From Myxococcales bacterium (GTDB lineage Bacteria; Myxococcota; Myxococcia; Myxococcales; Anaeromyxobacteraceae): a stretch of DNA of 34,692 nucleotides. Positions 18,003 through 28,191 of this stretch are shown one piece after another. The position numbers and the translations under genes were made by a program. Under the pieces are notes generated by a model that saw nothing but the letters and a program-made list of their open reading frames with translations, searched no databases and was not told where the DNA came from. The stretch covers positions 1-34,692 of the forward strand of contig JBBQEB010000020.1 of the NCBI GenBank assembly GCA_038320275.1, written 5' to 3'. Position 1 is the stretch's first letter. Each line of letters begins with the position of its first letter.

Positions 18003-18605
18003 ATGGCAGCAGAAGAGCCGACGCAGGGCGAGGAGTCCCAGGGCGAGGTGCCCCGCGACGCCAAGATCATCAAGCGCTACACGAACCGGAAGCTCTACGA
18101 CACCGTGGAGTCGCGGTACGTCACCCTCGACGAGATCGCCCAGATGGTGAAGGCGGGCGGCGAGGTGCGGATCATCGACAACCGCACCAAGGAGGATCTG
18201 ACGAGCGTGACGCTCGCTCAGATCATCTTCGAGGAGGAGAAGAAGACCTCCAAGATGAGCCTTCGTACCTTGAAGGATCTCATCCGCCACGGTGGGGAAC
18301 GGGCGGCGCAGATCGTCGAGGACACCCAGGCCGAGCTTCGGGGCCGCGTGGAGGCGGTCCGCCAGGCCGCCGAGCAGAAGGTTCAGACCCTCATCAGCAA
18401 GGGACAGCAGACGGGCGACCGCGCCAAGGAGCTCGTGACCGCTTCGCAGGAGGCGGTTGCGCAGTTCCAGCGCCGCATCGACGAGCGCGTCCGCACCGCC
18501 GCGGAGGGGATGACGGCACTGGGCGACTCGCGGCGCGAGCTCGTGGCGCTCTCCGACCGGATCGCGGAGCTGGAGAAGAAGCTCGAGGCGCTGGAGAAGA
18601 AGTAG
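18003..18605 (+). CDS. PhaR-like protein: PHA-synthesis-regulator DNA-binding domain plus coiled-coil/phasin-like C-terminus
   Basis: IIKRYTNRKLYDTVESRYVTLDEIAQMVKAG...IDNRTKEDLTSVTLAQIIFEEE is the PhaR N-terminal signature; GAGG RBS. Confidence 0.87.
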   Translation: MAAEEPTQGEESQGEVPRDAKIIKRYTNRKLYDTVESRYVTLDEIAQMVKAGGEVRIIDNRTKEDLTSVTLAQIIFEEEKKTSKMSLRTLKDLIRHGGERAAQIVEDTQAELRGRVEAVRQAAEQKVQTLISKGQQTGDRAKELVTASQEAVAQFQRRIDERVRTAAEGMTALGDSRRELVALSDRIAELEKKLEALEKK

Positions 18606-18677
18606 CCGGCGACGGCGCCGAGAGCGGCGCGAGGTCCGGTGAGCCCCCCACCCTCGCGGTGACGGGCTCGACTCACC

Positions 18678-19010
18678 TCACAGCGCGTGCTTCTTCGACT
18701 GGGGCGGTTTTTCCTCCGCCCCCCGCTCCACCTTGTCGGCGATCCCGTCGAGCAGCGCCTCCAGCTCCACGAGCTTGTGCCGGAGCTCCTCGACATCCTC
18801 GGTGGTGGGAAGGTTCACCGCCGAGAGCGCCGTCTTGACCCCGCGATCGAAGGTGCTCTTGGCGGTCAGCGCGGACGTCATCACCGCCTGCACCCCGTGC
18901 ATCACCCGCTCGCTCGAGAGAAGCCCCGTGACGAGCTTGCCCACCCGCTCCTCGCCCGCCCGTAGAGCGCGCTTCACGGCGGGGTTTCGAAGCAGTTCGT
19001 CCAGGTTCAT
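18678..19010 (-). CDS. Hypothetical phasin-like amphipathic helical protein
   Basis: All-helical 110 aa; ALSAVNLPTTEDVEELRHKLVELEALL resembles the C-terminal motif of PHA granule-associated proteins; basic tail. Confidence 0.6.
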   Translation of the reverse strand: MNLDELLRNPAVKRALRAGEERVGKLVTGLLSSERVMHGVQAVMTSALTAKSTFDRGVKTALSAVNLPTTEDVEELRHKLVELEALLDGIADKVERGAEEKPPQSKKHAL

Positions 19011-19041
19011 GTGTGGACTTCTCGCCTCCCCGTCGCTAGCT

Positions 19042-19059
19042 TGTCAAGCGACGTGCCAG
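19042..19059 (-). promoter_or_regulatory. Putative sigma54 promoter of the phasin-like gene
   Basis: Minus strand CTGGCACG-TCGC-TTGAC: perfect -24 box, with GA instead of GC at -12. Confidence 0.5.
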
Positions 19060-19979
19060 GGCCCGCCCTTCTCGACCGGCGTCTCCTCATCGTGACGGGC
19101 AAGGGCGGGGTCGGCAAGTCGACCGTGGCCGCCGCCCTCGCGCTCGTCGCCGCACGCCGCGGCAAGCGGGTGCTGGTGGCCGAGGTGAACACCCAGGAGC
19201 GCATCGCGCCGCTCCTGGGCGCTCCGCCCTCCGGCTTCGAGCCGGGACAGGTCAGCCCGGGCGTCTTTACCATCGACGTGACCCCGCGGGAGTCCATGCG
19301 CGAGTACGGCCTCATGACGCTCAAGTTCCGGGCGATCTACGACGCCGTCTTCGAGAACCGGATGGTGCGCTTCTTCCTCCGCGCCATTCCCTCGCTGTCC
19401 GAGCTCGTCATGCTCGGAAAGATCCTCTACGAGGTTCGCCGGGAGGAGCGGGGGCGACCGCGCTGGGACCTGGTGGTGCTCGACGCGCCCGCCACCGGGC
19501 ACGCGGTCCAGCTCCTGCGCGTTCCGCAGGTGCTCCTCGACACGGTGCCTCCGGGCCCGCTCCGCCGCGACGCGCAGTGGATGCGGGACCTCCTCGTGGA
19601 CCCCGCCCTCACCGCCATGGCGATGGTGACGCTTCCGGAGGAGATGCCGGTGGCGGAGGTGATCGACCTCGATGCCGCGGTCCGGGGGGTGCTGGGCATC
19701 CACCGCGCGGCGCTCGTCGTGAACGCGATGCCGGACGAGCGGTTCTCCCGCGCGCAGCGGGAACGCCTCGCGGCCCTGGGCGGCGAGCCGGCCCCGCTCG
19801 GCCCCGCCGCGCGCGCCGGGCGCCTGCAGGCACTGCGCGCCGAGGCGGCCGGGCGCCACCTGGCGCACGCGCGGGCGGCGCTCGATCTGCCCACGCTGGT
19901 GGTGCCGCTCCTCGCCCGCGATGCGTGGGACCGGGCCGCCGTCGAGGCGGTGGCCGACGGGCTGGAGGGCTCCGTCTGA
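19053..19979 (+). CDS. ArsA/Get3-like ATPase, subunit 1
   Basis: IVTGKGGVGKST P-loop, AEVN at switch I, VLDAPATGH, VTLPEEMPV. Start uncertain; GTG 19053 chosen. Confidence 0.88.
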   Translation: MPGPALLDRRLLIVTGKGGVGKSTVAAALALVAARRGKRVLVAEVNTQERIAPLLGAPPSGFEPGQVSPGVFTIDVTPRESMREYGLMTLKFRAIYDAVFENRMVRFFLRAIPSLSELVMLGKILYEVRREERGRPRWDLVVLDAPATGHAVQLLRVPQVLLDTVPPGPLRRDAQWMRDLLVDPALTAMAMVTLPEEMPVAEVIDLDAAVRGVLGIHRAALVVNAMPDERFSRAQRERLAALGGEPAPLGPAARAGRLQALRAEAAGRHLAHARAALDLPTLVVPLLARDAWDRAAVEAVADGLEGSV

Positions 19980-21103
19980 TGGGCGCGGTCGTGGAGGCCC
20001 TCGCCGGGAAGCGCATCGCCGTGTGCGTGGGCTCGGGCGGCGTGGGCAAGACGACGGTCGCGGCCGCGCTCGGCCTCACCCGCGCCCTCTCGGGCGGGCG
20101 CGTGCTCGTGTGCACCATCGACCCGGCCCGCCGGCTCGCCACCTCCCTGGGCCTCGCCTCGCTGGGAAACCTCGAGACGCGGGTGCCCGAGGCCAAGTTC
20201 ACGGAGGCGGGGCTCGCGCCGCGCGGCGAGCTGTGGGCGATGATGCTCGACGTGAAGCGCACCTGGGACGACGTGGTGGCCCACCACGCGAGGGACGAGG
20301 CCCAGCGCGACCGCATCTACGGCAACCGGCTCTACCAGCAGCTCTCCTCCGCGCTCGCCGGCTCGCAGGAGTACATGGCGATGGAGAAGCTGTACCAGCT
20401 CTCCACCGAGCGCGACTACGACCTCATCGTCCTCGACACGCCGCCCACCGCCCACGCCCTCGACTTCCTCGACGCGCCCGATCGAATCCTCGATTTCCTG
20501 GGCAACGACACCGCCCGCACGCTCCTCGCCCCTGCCATCGGTGCGGGCAAGATGGGCCTGCGGCTGTTCCAGCTCGGCGGGAGCTACGTCGCGAAGGGGC
20601 TGGCGCGCTTCACCGGCGCGCAGGTCCTGGCCGACCTCGGCGACTTCATGAGCGGGTTCCAGGGCATGTACGAGGGATTCAAGGAGCGCGCCGCGGCGGT
20701 CCGCGCGCTCCTCGCCCGGCCCGAGGTCGGCTTCGTGCTCGTCTCCAGCGCGAGCCCGCGCTCGGTGGACGAGGCGCTCTTCTTCCACGAGCGCCTGCGG
20801 ACGGAGAGCATACCGGTGGCGGGCGTGGTCGCGAACCGGGTCACTCCGGAGCTGTGGGATGGCGTGCCGCTGCCCGACGCAGGAACGCTCGACCGGGCGC
20901 TGGCAGCGCGTGGGCCACCCGACCCGGGGCTCGCGGAGCGGCTCGCCTCCACCCTCGCGGAGCACGAGGTGCTGGCCCGCGCCGACGCGCGGGAGGTGGG
21001 CCGCCTCTTCGCCGGGGTCACAGCGGGACAGGTGGTCGTTCCGCGGCTGGAGACCGACGTGCACGACCTCGCCGCGCTGGCGAGGCTGGGGGCCAGCCTG
21101 TAG
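19979..21103 (+). CDS. ArsA/Get3-like ATPase, subunit 2
   Basis: VGSGGVGKTT, TIDPARRLA, AGSQEYMAMEKL, VLDTPPTAHALDFLDAP; TGATG coupling to subunit 1. Confidence 0.9.
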   Translation: MGAVVEALAGKRIAVCVGSGGVGKTTVAAALGLTRALSGGRVLVCTIDPARRLATSLGLASLGNLETRVPEAKFTEAGLAPRGELWAMMLDVKRTWDDVVAHHARDEAQRDRIYGNRLYQQLSSALAGSQEYMAMEKLYQLSTERDYDLIVLDTPPTAHALDFLDAPDRILDFLGNDTARTLLAPAIGAGKMGLRLFQLGGSYVAKGLARFTGAQVLADLGDFMSGFQGMYEGFKERAAAVRALLARPEVGFVLVSSASPRSVDEALFFHERLRTESIPVAGVVANRVTPELWDGVPLPDAGTLDRALAARGPPDPGLAERLASTLAEHEVLARADAREVGRLFAGVTAGQVVVPRLETDVHDLAALARLGASL

Positions 21104-22215
21104 TGCTCCCCGCCCTGCGACCGGCGGCTGGACTCGTCCTCGCGGTCCTGGCGGCCTGCGCCTCCGGACGCGGGGCGGCGCGCCGCGGAGCGGGCGGCGA
21201 GATCGCCTTCCGCGACGGGTCGGTGGTCGAAGGCTCCGGCATCGACGCGAAGAACGACGAGGAGCTCTTCGCGCTGGGCGTGGCAGCAGAGGACGCCGGG
21301 GATGAGGCCACCGCCGCCGCGGCTCTGGGCCGGCTGGTCGACGCTTTCCCGAGCTCGCCCCGGCGCCTCGAGGCGCTGCAGCGGGCTGGCCGGGCAGAGC
21401 ACGCCCTCGGCCACTGGGAGAAGGCTCTGGCGAGATTCGAGGAGCGGGCCCGCGCGAGCGCGGGCCCCGAGGCGGACGACGCCGCCCTGGCGGCTGCCGA
21501 CTGCCTCGACCGTCTGGGCCGGGCTCGGGAGGCGGCTGCTGCGCTCGAGGCAGTGCTGGCGCGCCCCGGGCTCGAGCCGGGCCGGAGAGCGCGCGCGCTC
21601 ACCGAACGCGCGGTCCTCCAGCTCCGCGCCGGCCGCCCGGAGGAGGCAGAGCGCTCCCTCGAGGCAGCGCTCACGACCCACGACGCCGCCGCAGGGGACG
21701 ATCCGCTCGACCGCGCCGCGCGCGCGAAGGCGCTCTTCTATCTCGGCGAGGTGGCGCGGGCGCGGCTCCGGGCGGCTCCGACGCCCGACGTCGCGGGGGA
21801 TCCGCAGGCGACGCGCGCGGCGCTGGAGGCGCAGTCCGACCTCCTGCTCGCCGCCCAGGAGCGCTTCCTCTCCGCCATCCGCGCGGGCGACGCGGGGTGG
21901 GCCGTCGCGGCCAGCAGCCGCATCGGCGAGCTCTACGAGGAGCTGCACGCTGGGCTGGTCGGCGCGGCCCCTCCCGCGAGCCTCGACCCCCGCTCGACCC
22001 TCGAGTACCGGGCTGCCGTGCGGGAGGAGGTGCGCGTGCTGCTCGAGAAGGCGGTGCTCGCGTACCAGGAGACCGTCTCCCTCGCCCGGCGGACGGGGGC
22101 GAGCGGCGCGCTCGTCTCGGAGGCCGAGGAGCGGCTCGCCCGCCTTCGCACGGAGCTCTCCCGCGAAGAGGGGGAGAGCGCCCCGCAGCGGGCTGCACCG
22201 GGACCGGGAATGTGA
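21103..22215 (+). CDS. TPR-repeat lipoprotein
   Basis: GTG overlaps upstream TAG; signal peptide with lipobox LAAC; Ala-rich TPR-like helical repeats (FPSSPRRLEALQRAG, KALFYLGE). Confidence 0.75.
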   Translation: MLPALRPAAGLVLAVLAACASGRGAARRGAGGEIAFRDGSVVEGSGIDAKNDEELFALGVAAEDAGDEATAAAALGRLVDAFPSSPRRLEALQRAGRAEHALGHWEKALARFEERARASAGPEADDAALAAADCLDRLGRAREAAAALEAVLARPGLEPGRRARALTERAVLQLRAGRPEEAERSLEAALTTHDAAAGDDPLDRAARAKALFYLGEVARARLRAAPTPDVAGDPQATRAALEAQSDLLLAAQERFLSAIRAGDAGWAVAASSRIGELYEELHAGLVGAAPPASLDPRSTLEYRAAVREEVRVLLEKAVLAYQETVSLARRTGASGALVSEAEERLARLRTELSREEGESAPQRAAPGPGM

Positions 22216-22288
22216 TGGAGCCGGGCGAGGCCGTATGCTGTGGGGTCAGGCGCGTGGCGGTCGCGCGGTCGAACGGGGGCGGTCGAGC

Positions 22289-23800
22289 ATGATGCCGGAT
22301 CTGGAAGCGCTGCTCCGGGAGCTGCGGGACGTCGTCTTCCGCACCGACGTCCAGGGCCGCTTCACGTACCTCAGCCCCGCCTGGGCGGCGGTCGCCGGAG
22401 CTGGCGTGGACGAGGCGCTCGGCCGGCCCTTTCCCGAGCTCCTCCACGAGGGTGACCGAGAGGCCGCGCGGGAGCTCTTCGCCACTCTGGCCCGTGGCGG
22501 TGACGACCGCTGGCTCCGGCCGGTGCGCCTGCTCCTGCGCGACGCTCCGCCGCGGCTCGTGGAGGTGCACGCGGCCGCCTGCCCCGGCAACGACGGAGCG
22601 CCTGCGGGCACCCTCGGCACGCTGCGCGACGTGACAGGCCGTCGAACGGGCGCGCGCAAGATGGGCGAGGGGCGGGAGCTCGACGCCGTCCGCACGCTGG
22701 CGGTGGGAGTCGCCCACGAGATCTCGAACCCGCTCGCGTACGTCACGAGCAACCTGCACTTCGCGCGCGATGCGCTGGCCGAAGGCACGGAGGATGTGGC
22801 CGAGGTGCAGCGCGCACTCGCGGACGCCAGCGACGGCGCCGAGCGGGTGCGCTGCATCGTGCGCGACCTCAAGCTCCTCGCGCGGGGCGAGGATGCTCCG
22901 CGCATCCCGGTGTCGCTGCCCCATGTGATCGAGGCCGCGGCCGGCCTGGCACGGAGCGAGCTCGAGCCGCGCGCGCGGCTCGTGAGGGAGCTCTCCGACA
23001 CCCCACACGCGTTCGCCGACGAAGGGAAGCTGGCACAGGTGCTGGTGAACCTCCTCGTGAACGCCGCCCAGGCCATGCCGCCGCGCCCGGTCGAGGAGAA
23101 CGTGGTGCGCGTGCGCACCTGGCGCGAGGACGCGCGGGTGGGCATCGAGGTGAGCGACAACGGGGTCGGCATCGGGCCGGACATCCTCCCGCGCGTCTTC
23201 GACCCGTTCTTCACCACCCGGCGCCCCGGCCAGGGAACGGGCCTCGGGCTCGCCATCAGCCGCACCCACGTGGAAGCGCTGGGCGGGGAGATCACCGCCG
23301 CGAGCCGGCCCGGCGAGGGGACCGCCTTCCGCGTGCTGCTCCCCGCCGTGGCCGAGGCGGGCGAGCCCCCTGCGAGCGCCCCTCGCCGGCGCGTCCTCCT
23401 CGTCGACGACGAGCCGCTGGTGCTCTCGGCGCTCCGGCGGATGCTCGCGCGTGCGCATGACGTGGAGACGGCCACCAGCGGCCGCGACGCGCTGGAGCGC
23501 ATCCGAGGCGGCGCGCACTTCGACGTGGTGCTGTGCGACCTCATGATGCCGGACCTGGGGGGGCCGGACCTCCACCGCGCGCTGTGCGAGGTGGACGCCC
23601 CGCTCGCCTCCCGCATGATCTTCATGACCGGAGGCGCCTTCACCGCCGAGGCGCGGGCGTTCCTCGACGGAGTGCCCAACCCGCGGCTCGGCAAGCCCTT
23701 CGCGGCCGGCGAGGTCGCGAGCGCGCTCGAGTTTGTGCTCGGGAGGGCCGATCAGACGCGCACGGGGTCCGCGTACATGCCGTCGAGCACCCCCCGGTAG
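22289..23800 (+). CDS. PAS-domain hybrid histidine kinase with C-terminal receiver
   Basis: PAS (DVVFRTDVQGRFTYLSPAW), H-box VAHEISNPL, NLLVNAAQA, DNGVGI, FDPFFTT, GTGLGL, receiver LLVDDE/LCDLMMP/KPF. Confidence 0.92.
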   Translation: MMPDLEALLRELRDVVFRTDVQGRFTYLSPAWAAVAGAGVDEALGRPFPELLHEGDREAARELFATLARGGDDRWLRPVRLLLRDAPPRLVEVHAAACPGNDGAPAGTLGTLRDVTGRRTGARKMGEGRELDAVRTLAVGVAHEISNPLAYVTSNLHFARDALAEGTEDVAEVQRALADASDGAERVRCIVRDLKLLARGEDAPRIPVSLPHVIEAAAGLARSELEPRARLVRELSDTPHAFADEGKLAQVLVNLLVNAAQAMPPRPVEENVVRVRTWREDARVGIEVSDNGVGIGPDILPRVFDPFFTTRRPGQGTGLGLAISRTHVEALGGEITAASRPGEGTAFRVLLPAVAEAGEPPASAPRRRVLLVDDEPLVLSALRRMLARAHDVETATSGRDALERIRGGAHFDVVLCDLMMPDLGGPDLHRALCEVDAPLASRMIFMTGGAFTAEARAFLDGVPNPRLGKPFAAGEVASALEFVLGRADQTRTGSAYMPSSTPR

Positions 23801-25575
23801 CGCGCCTCGATCGCCTTGCGCTTCAGCTTGTGGCTCGGGGTCACTTCCCCGGCGGCCTCGCTGAATTCGTCCGGTAGCACCGCGAAGCGCTTCACCGCGG
23901 CGAAGCGTGGCAGCCCGGCGTTGAGGACCTCGACCGCGCGCTGCACCACCGCCCGCAGGCGCGGCTCGCGAGCCACCTCCTCGGCCGGGCGCCCCCCGAT
24001 CCCGTTCGCCAACGCCCAGACGGCACGGGCCTGCGGGTCGAGGGTGATGAGCGCGGTCACGTAGTTGCGCCGCTCTCCGTGCACCAGCACCTGGGAGATC
24101 ATCGGCGAGAGCGCCTTCAGCCGGCCCTCCAGCTCCTGCGGGGCCACGTACTTCCCGCCCGAGGTCTTGATGAGGTCCTTCTTGCGGTCGGTGATGCGGA
24201 GATACCCGTCCCCGTCGATCTCCCCCACGTCCCCGGTGTGCAACCAGCCGCCCTGCAGCGCCTCGGCCGACGCCTCCGGCAGGCCGTGGTAGCCGCGGAG
24301 GATCCAGGGCGCGCGCATCAGCACCTCGCCGTCCTCGGCGAGCCGGACCTCCACGCCGGGGAGCGCCGGCCCCACGGTGCCGAGCTTCCAGCCGTGGGGG
24401 AGGTTCACGTGGGTGGCGGCGGAGGATTCGGTGAGGCCGTACCCCTCGAGGATGAGGACCCCGGCCGCCGCGAAGACCTCGGCGACCTGTCGCGAGAGGG
24501 GCGCGCTCCCGGAGATGAGGAATCGCAGCCGGCCGCCGAAGAGCGCGCGGATCTTGCGCAGCACCAGGCGATCGGCGAGGGCCGCCTGCGCGGCGAGGAG
24601 CGGCCCCGGAGGCCGGCGCTCCTCGCGGGCGCGGGCGCGCCGCTTGCCGATGGCGAGCGCCCACCGGAAGATCGCCGCCTTGACCGGGCCTCCCGCCCGC
24701 GCGCCGCCCACGATCCGCGCGTGAACCTTCTCGAAGATGCGGGGCACGGCGCACACGAAGGTGGGCCTGATCGCAGCGAGGTTCTCGACGAGCCGCTCCA
24801 CCCGGCCGTCCACCGCGGTGGGGAAACCGATCCGGAGCTGCAGCGTCAGGATCATCTTTCCGAAGACGTGCGAGAGCGGCAGCCAGAAGAGCTGCAGCGG
24901 CCGCGGGTGGTCGATGATGCCAGCCGCGTCCACGGAAGCGGCCTGGGCCACCCACCCGCCGTGGAGGAGCTCGACGCCCTTGGGCCGCCCGGTGGTGCCG
25001 GAGGTGTAGATGAGCGTGGCGAGACTGGCCGGGCGCACCGCATCCGCGGCTTCCTCGAACGCGCCCGGTCGCGAGGCGTCCCCGGCAGCACCGGCCGCTT
25101 CCAGCGAGCCGAGGGTGATCGCCCAGCCGCCGTCCGCCGCCGGAACGTCGCCCTCCAGCAGGATCACCTTGCGCAGGCGGGGCAGCTCGGCGCGCCGGTC
25201 CCGCAGCTTCGCGAGCTGGCCGGCGTCCTCCACGAAGGCGAAAGCGCTGCCCGAATCGGCCAGGATGAAGGCGCACTCCTCCGCGGTGCTGGAGGGATAG
25301 ATGGTGGTGGTGGCCCCGCCCGCGCACAGGATGCCGAGGTCGGCCAGGATCCACTCCACGCGGGTCGAGGCGAGGATGGCGCAGCGCTCCTCGGCCTCGA
25401 GCCCCAGCTCGAGGAGGCCGCACGCGATCGCGCGCACGCGGGCCTCCGTCTCGCGCCAGCTGAGGCTCTTCCAGCCGCTGGCCGCAGGGTAGCGGAAGGC
25501 CTCCGCATGCGGCGTGGCTCCCACCCGGTCGAGGAACAGCGCCGGTACCGTGTCGGGCTCGTGGTGTGGGCTCAC
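23752..25575 (-). CDS. Long-chain fatty acid-CoA ligase (AMP-dependent synthetase, FadD15 type)
   Basis: IYTSGTTGRPKG, EGYGLTE, GWLHTGDVG, ITDRKKDLIKTSGGKYVAPQ, TPSHKLKR; GTG 25575 after GGAG. Confidence 0.92.
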   Translation of the reverse strand: MSPHHEPDTVPALFLDRVGATPHAEAFRYPAASGWKSLSWRETEARVRAIACGLLELGLEAEERCAILASTRVEWILADLGILCAGGATTTIYPSSTAEECAFILADSGSAFAFVEDAGQLAKLRDRRAELPRLRKVILLEGDVPAADGGWAITLGSLEAAGAAGDASRPGAFEEAADAVRPASLATLIYTSGTTGRPKGVELLHGGWVAQAASVDAAGIIDHPRPLQLFWLPLSHVFGKMILTLQLRIGFPTAVDGRVERLVENLAAIRPTFVCAVPRIFEKVHARIVGGARAGGPVKAAIFRWALAIGKRRARAREERRPPGPLLAAQAALADRLVLRKIRALFGGRLRFLISGSAPLSRQVAEVFAAAGVLILEGYGLTESSAATHVNLPHGWKLGTVGPALPGVEVRLAEDGEVLMRAPWILRGYHGLPEASAEALQGGWLHTGDVGEIDGDGYLRITDRKKDLIKTSGGKYVAPQELEGRLKALSPMISQVLVHGERRNYVTALITLDPQARAVWALANGIGGRPAEEVAREPRLRAVVQRAVEVLNAGLPRFAAVKRFAVLPDEFSEAAGEVTPSHKLKRKAIEARYRGVLDGMYADPVRV

Positions 25576-25647
25576 GTGGAGTGTCTCCGGGGAAGGGGCT
25601 GGAGTGTAACGGCCCGGGGCAGCGACCGGGGACGGAAGCGTATCCGC

Positions 25648-27031
<1,384 letters not shown>

Positions 27032-27041
27032 GGCCGGGAGG

Positions 27042-27071
27042 GGCGGAGCCGCGAGGACCTGCGGCTCCGCC
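27042..27071. terminator. Hairpin between convergent metY and cysK
   Basis: GGCGGAGCCGC-8 nt-GCGGCTCCGCC perfect 11-bp stem. Confidence 0.7.
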
Positions 27072-27082
27072 TCGGCGCGGCG

Positions 27083-28018
27083 CTACTTCGCCGGCGCGTC
27101 CTCGAAGACCCAGGTGGAGAGATAGCGCTCGCCCGTGTCGGGCAGCACCACCACCATGAGCTTGCCCTCGCTCTCCGGGCGGCGCGCCACCTCCAGCGCG
27201 GCCACCAGCGCGCCCCCGCAGGAGATGCCGGCGAGGATGCCCTCCTCCCTGCAGAGCCGGCGCGTCATCTCGCCCGCCGCCTCGTTGGTGACCGTGATCA
27301 CCTCGTCGAGCAGGTCCTTGCGGAGCACCTTGGGCACGAAACCCGGGCCCCAGCCCTGGATCTTGTGGGGGCCGCCCCTCCCCTCGGAGATGGCGGGCGA
27401 GTCCTTGGGCTCGGCGGCCACGATGCGCAGCCCAGGCCGGCGCGGCTTCAGCGCCTCGGCCACCCCGGTGATGGTGCCGCCGGTTCCGGTCCCGGCCACG
27501 AAGATGTCGATCTTGCCGTCCGTGTCGGCCCATATCTCCTCGGCCGTGGTGGTGCGGTGGATCTCCGGATTGGCGGGATTGTCGAACTGCTGCAGCACGA
27601 GATAGCGCGCGTCCTGGGCCGCGAGGTCGTTGGCGCGCTGGATGGCGCCCTTCATCCCCTCCGCGCCCGGGGTGAGGATGAGATCGGCGCCCAGCGCCTT
27701 GAGGAGCTTGCGCCGCTCCATGCTCATCGTCTCGGGCATGAGGAGCTTGATGGGGTAGCCCTTGGCCGCGGCTGCGAAGGCGAGGCCGATGCCGGTATTG
27801 CCGCTGGTGGGCTCGAGCAGGATGGTGTCGGGCCTGATCTTCCCGTCGCGCTCGGCCGCCTCGATCATCGCGACGCCGATGCGGTCCTTCACCGACGAGA
27901 GCGGATTGAAGCTCTCGAGCTTGGCCACCACCTGGGCCTTCGCTCCCGCGGTGACGCGGTTGAGGCGCACGAGCGGAGTGCGGCCGACGGTCTTCGTGAT
28001 GTCCTCGTAGATGCGCAT
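27083..28018 (-). CDS. cysK: Cysteine synthase A
   Basis: [55 protein letters not shown]. Confidence 0.96.
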   Translation of the reverse strand: MRIYEDITKTVGRTPLVRLNRVTAGAKAQVVAKLESFNPLSSVKDRIGVAMIEAAERDGKIRPDTILLEPTSGNTGIGLAFAAAAKGYPIKLLMPETMSMERRKLLKALGADLILTPGAEGMKGAIQRANDLAAQDARYLVLQQFDNPANPEIHRTTTAEEIWADTDGKIDIFVAGTGTGGTITGVAEALKPRRPGLRIVAAEPKDSPAISEGRGGPHKIQGWGPGFVPKVLRKDLLDEVITVTNEAAGEMTRRLCREEGILAGISCGGALVAALEVARRPESEGKLMVVVLPDTGERYLSTWVFEDAPAK

Positions 28019-28150
28019 GCCGATCCTGGAGCCGGTCCGGGCGAGCCGGGCGGGCGGGCTGGAGAGACGTCCGTCATAGCGGCGGGTGCCGGCTCGCGCA
28101 GGCGATCGAGATGGTTTCCGCCCCAGGGAGGCCCTCTTGGCCCACTTTCC

Positions 28151-28180
28151 TTGACAGAGGCCACGTCCGTTGAACAGGAT
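28151..28180 (+). promoter_or_regulatory. Putative promoter of the sulfonate ABC transporter operon
   Basis: TTGACA-18 nt-CAGGAT with CGTCCG at spacer positions 8-13, same layout as at metY. Confidence 0.55.
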
Positions 28181-28191
28181 GCGCGTCCGTC

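Noticed and set aside
19053..21103. Arsenic resistance operon
   Set aside because: No arsB/acr3, arsC, arsD or arsR; motifs fit the Rv3679/Rv3680-like clade
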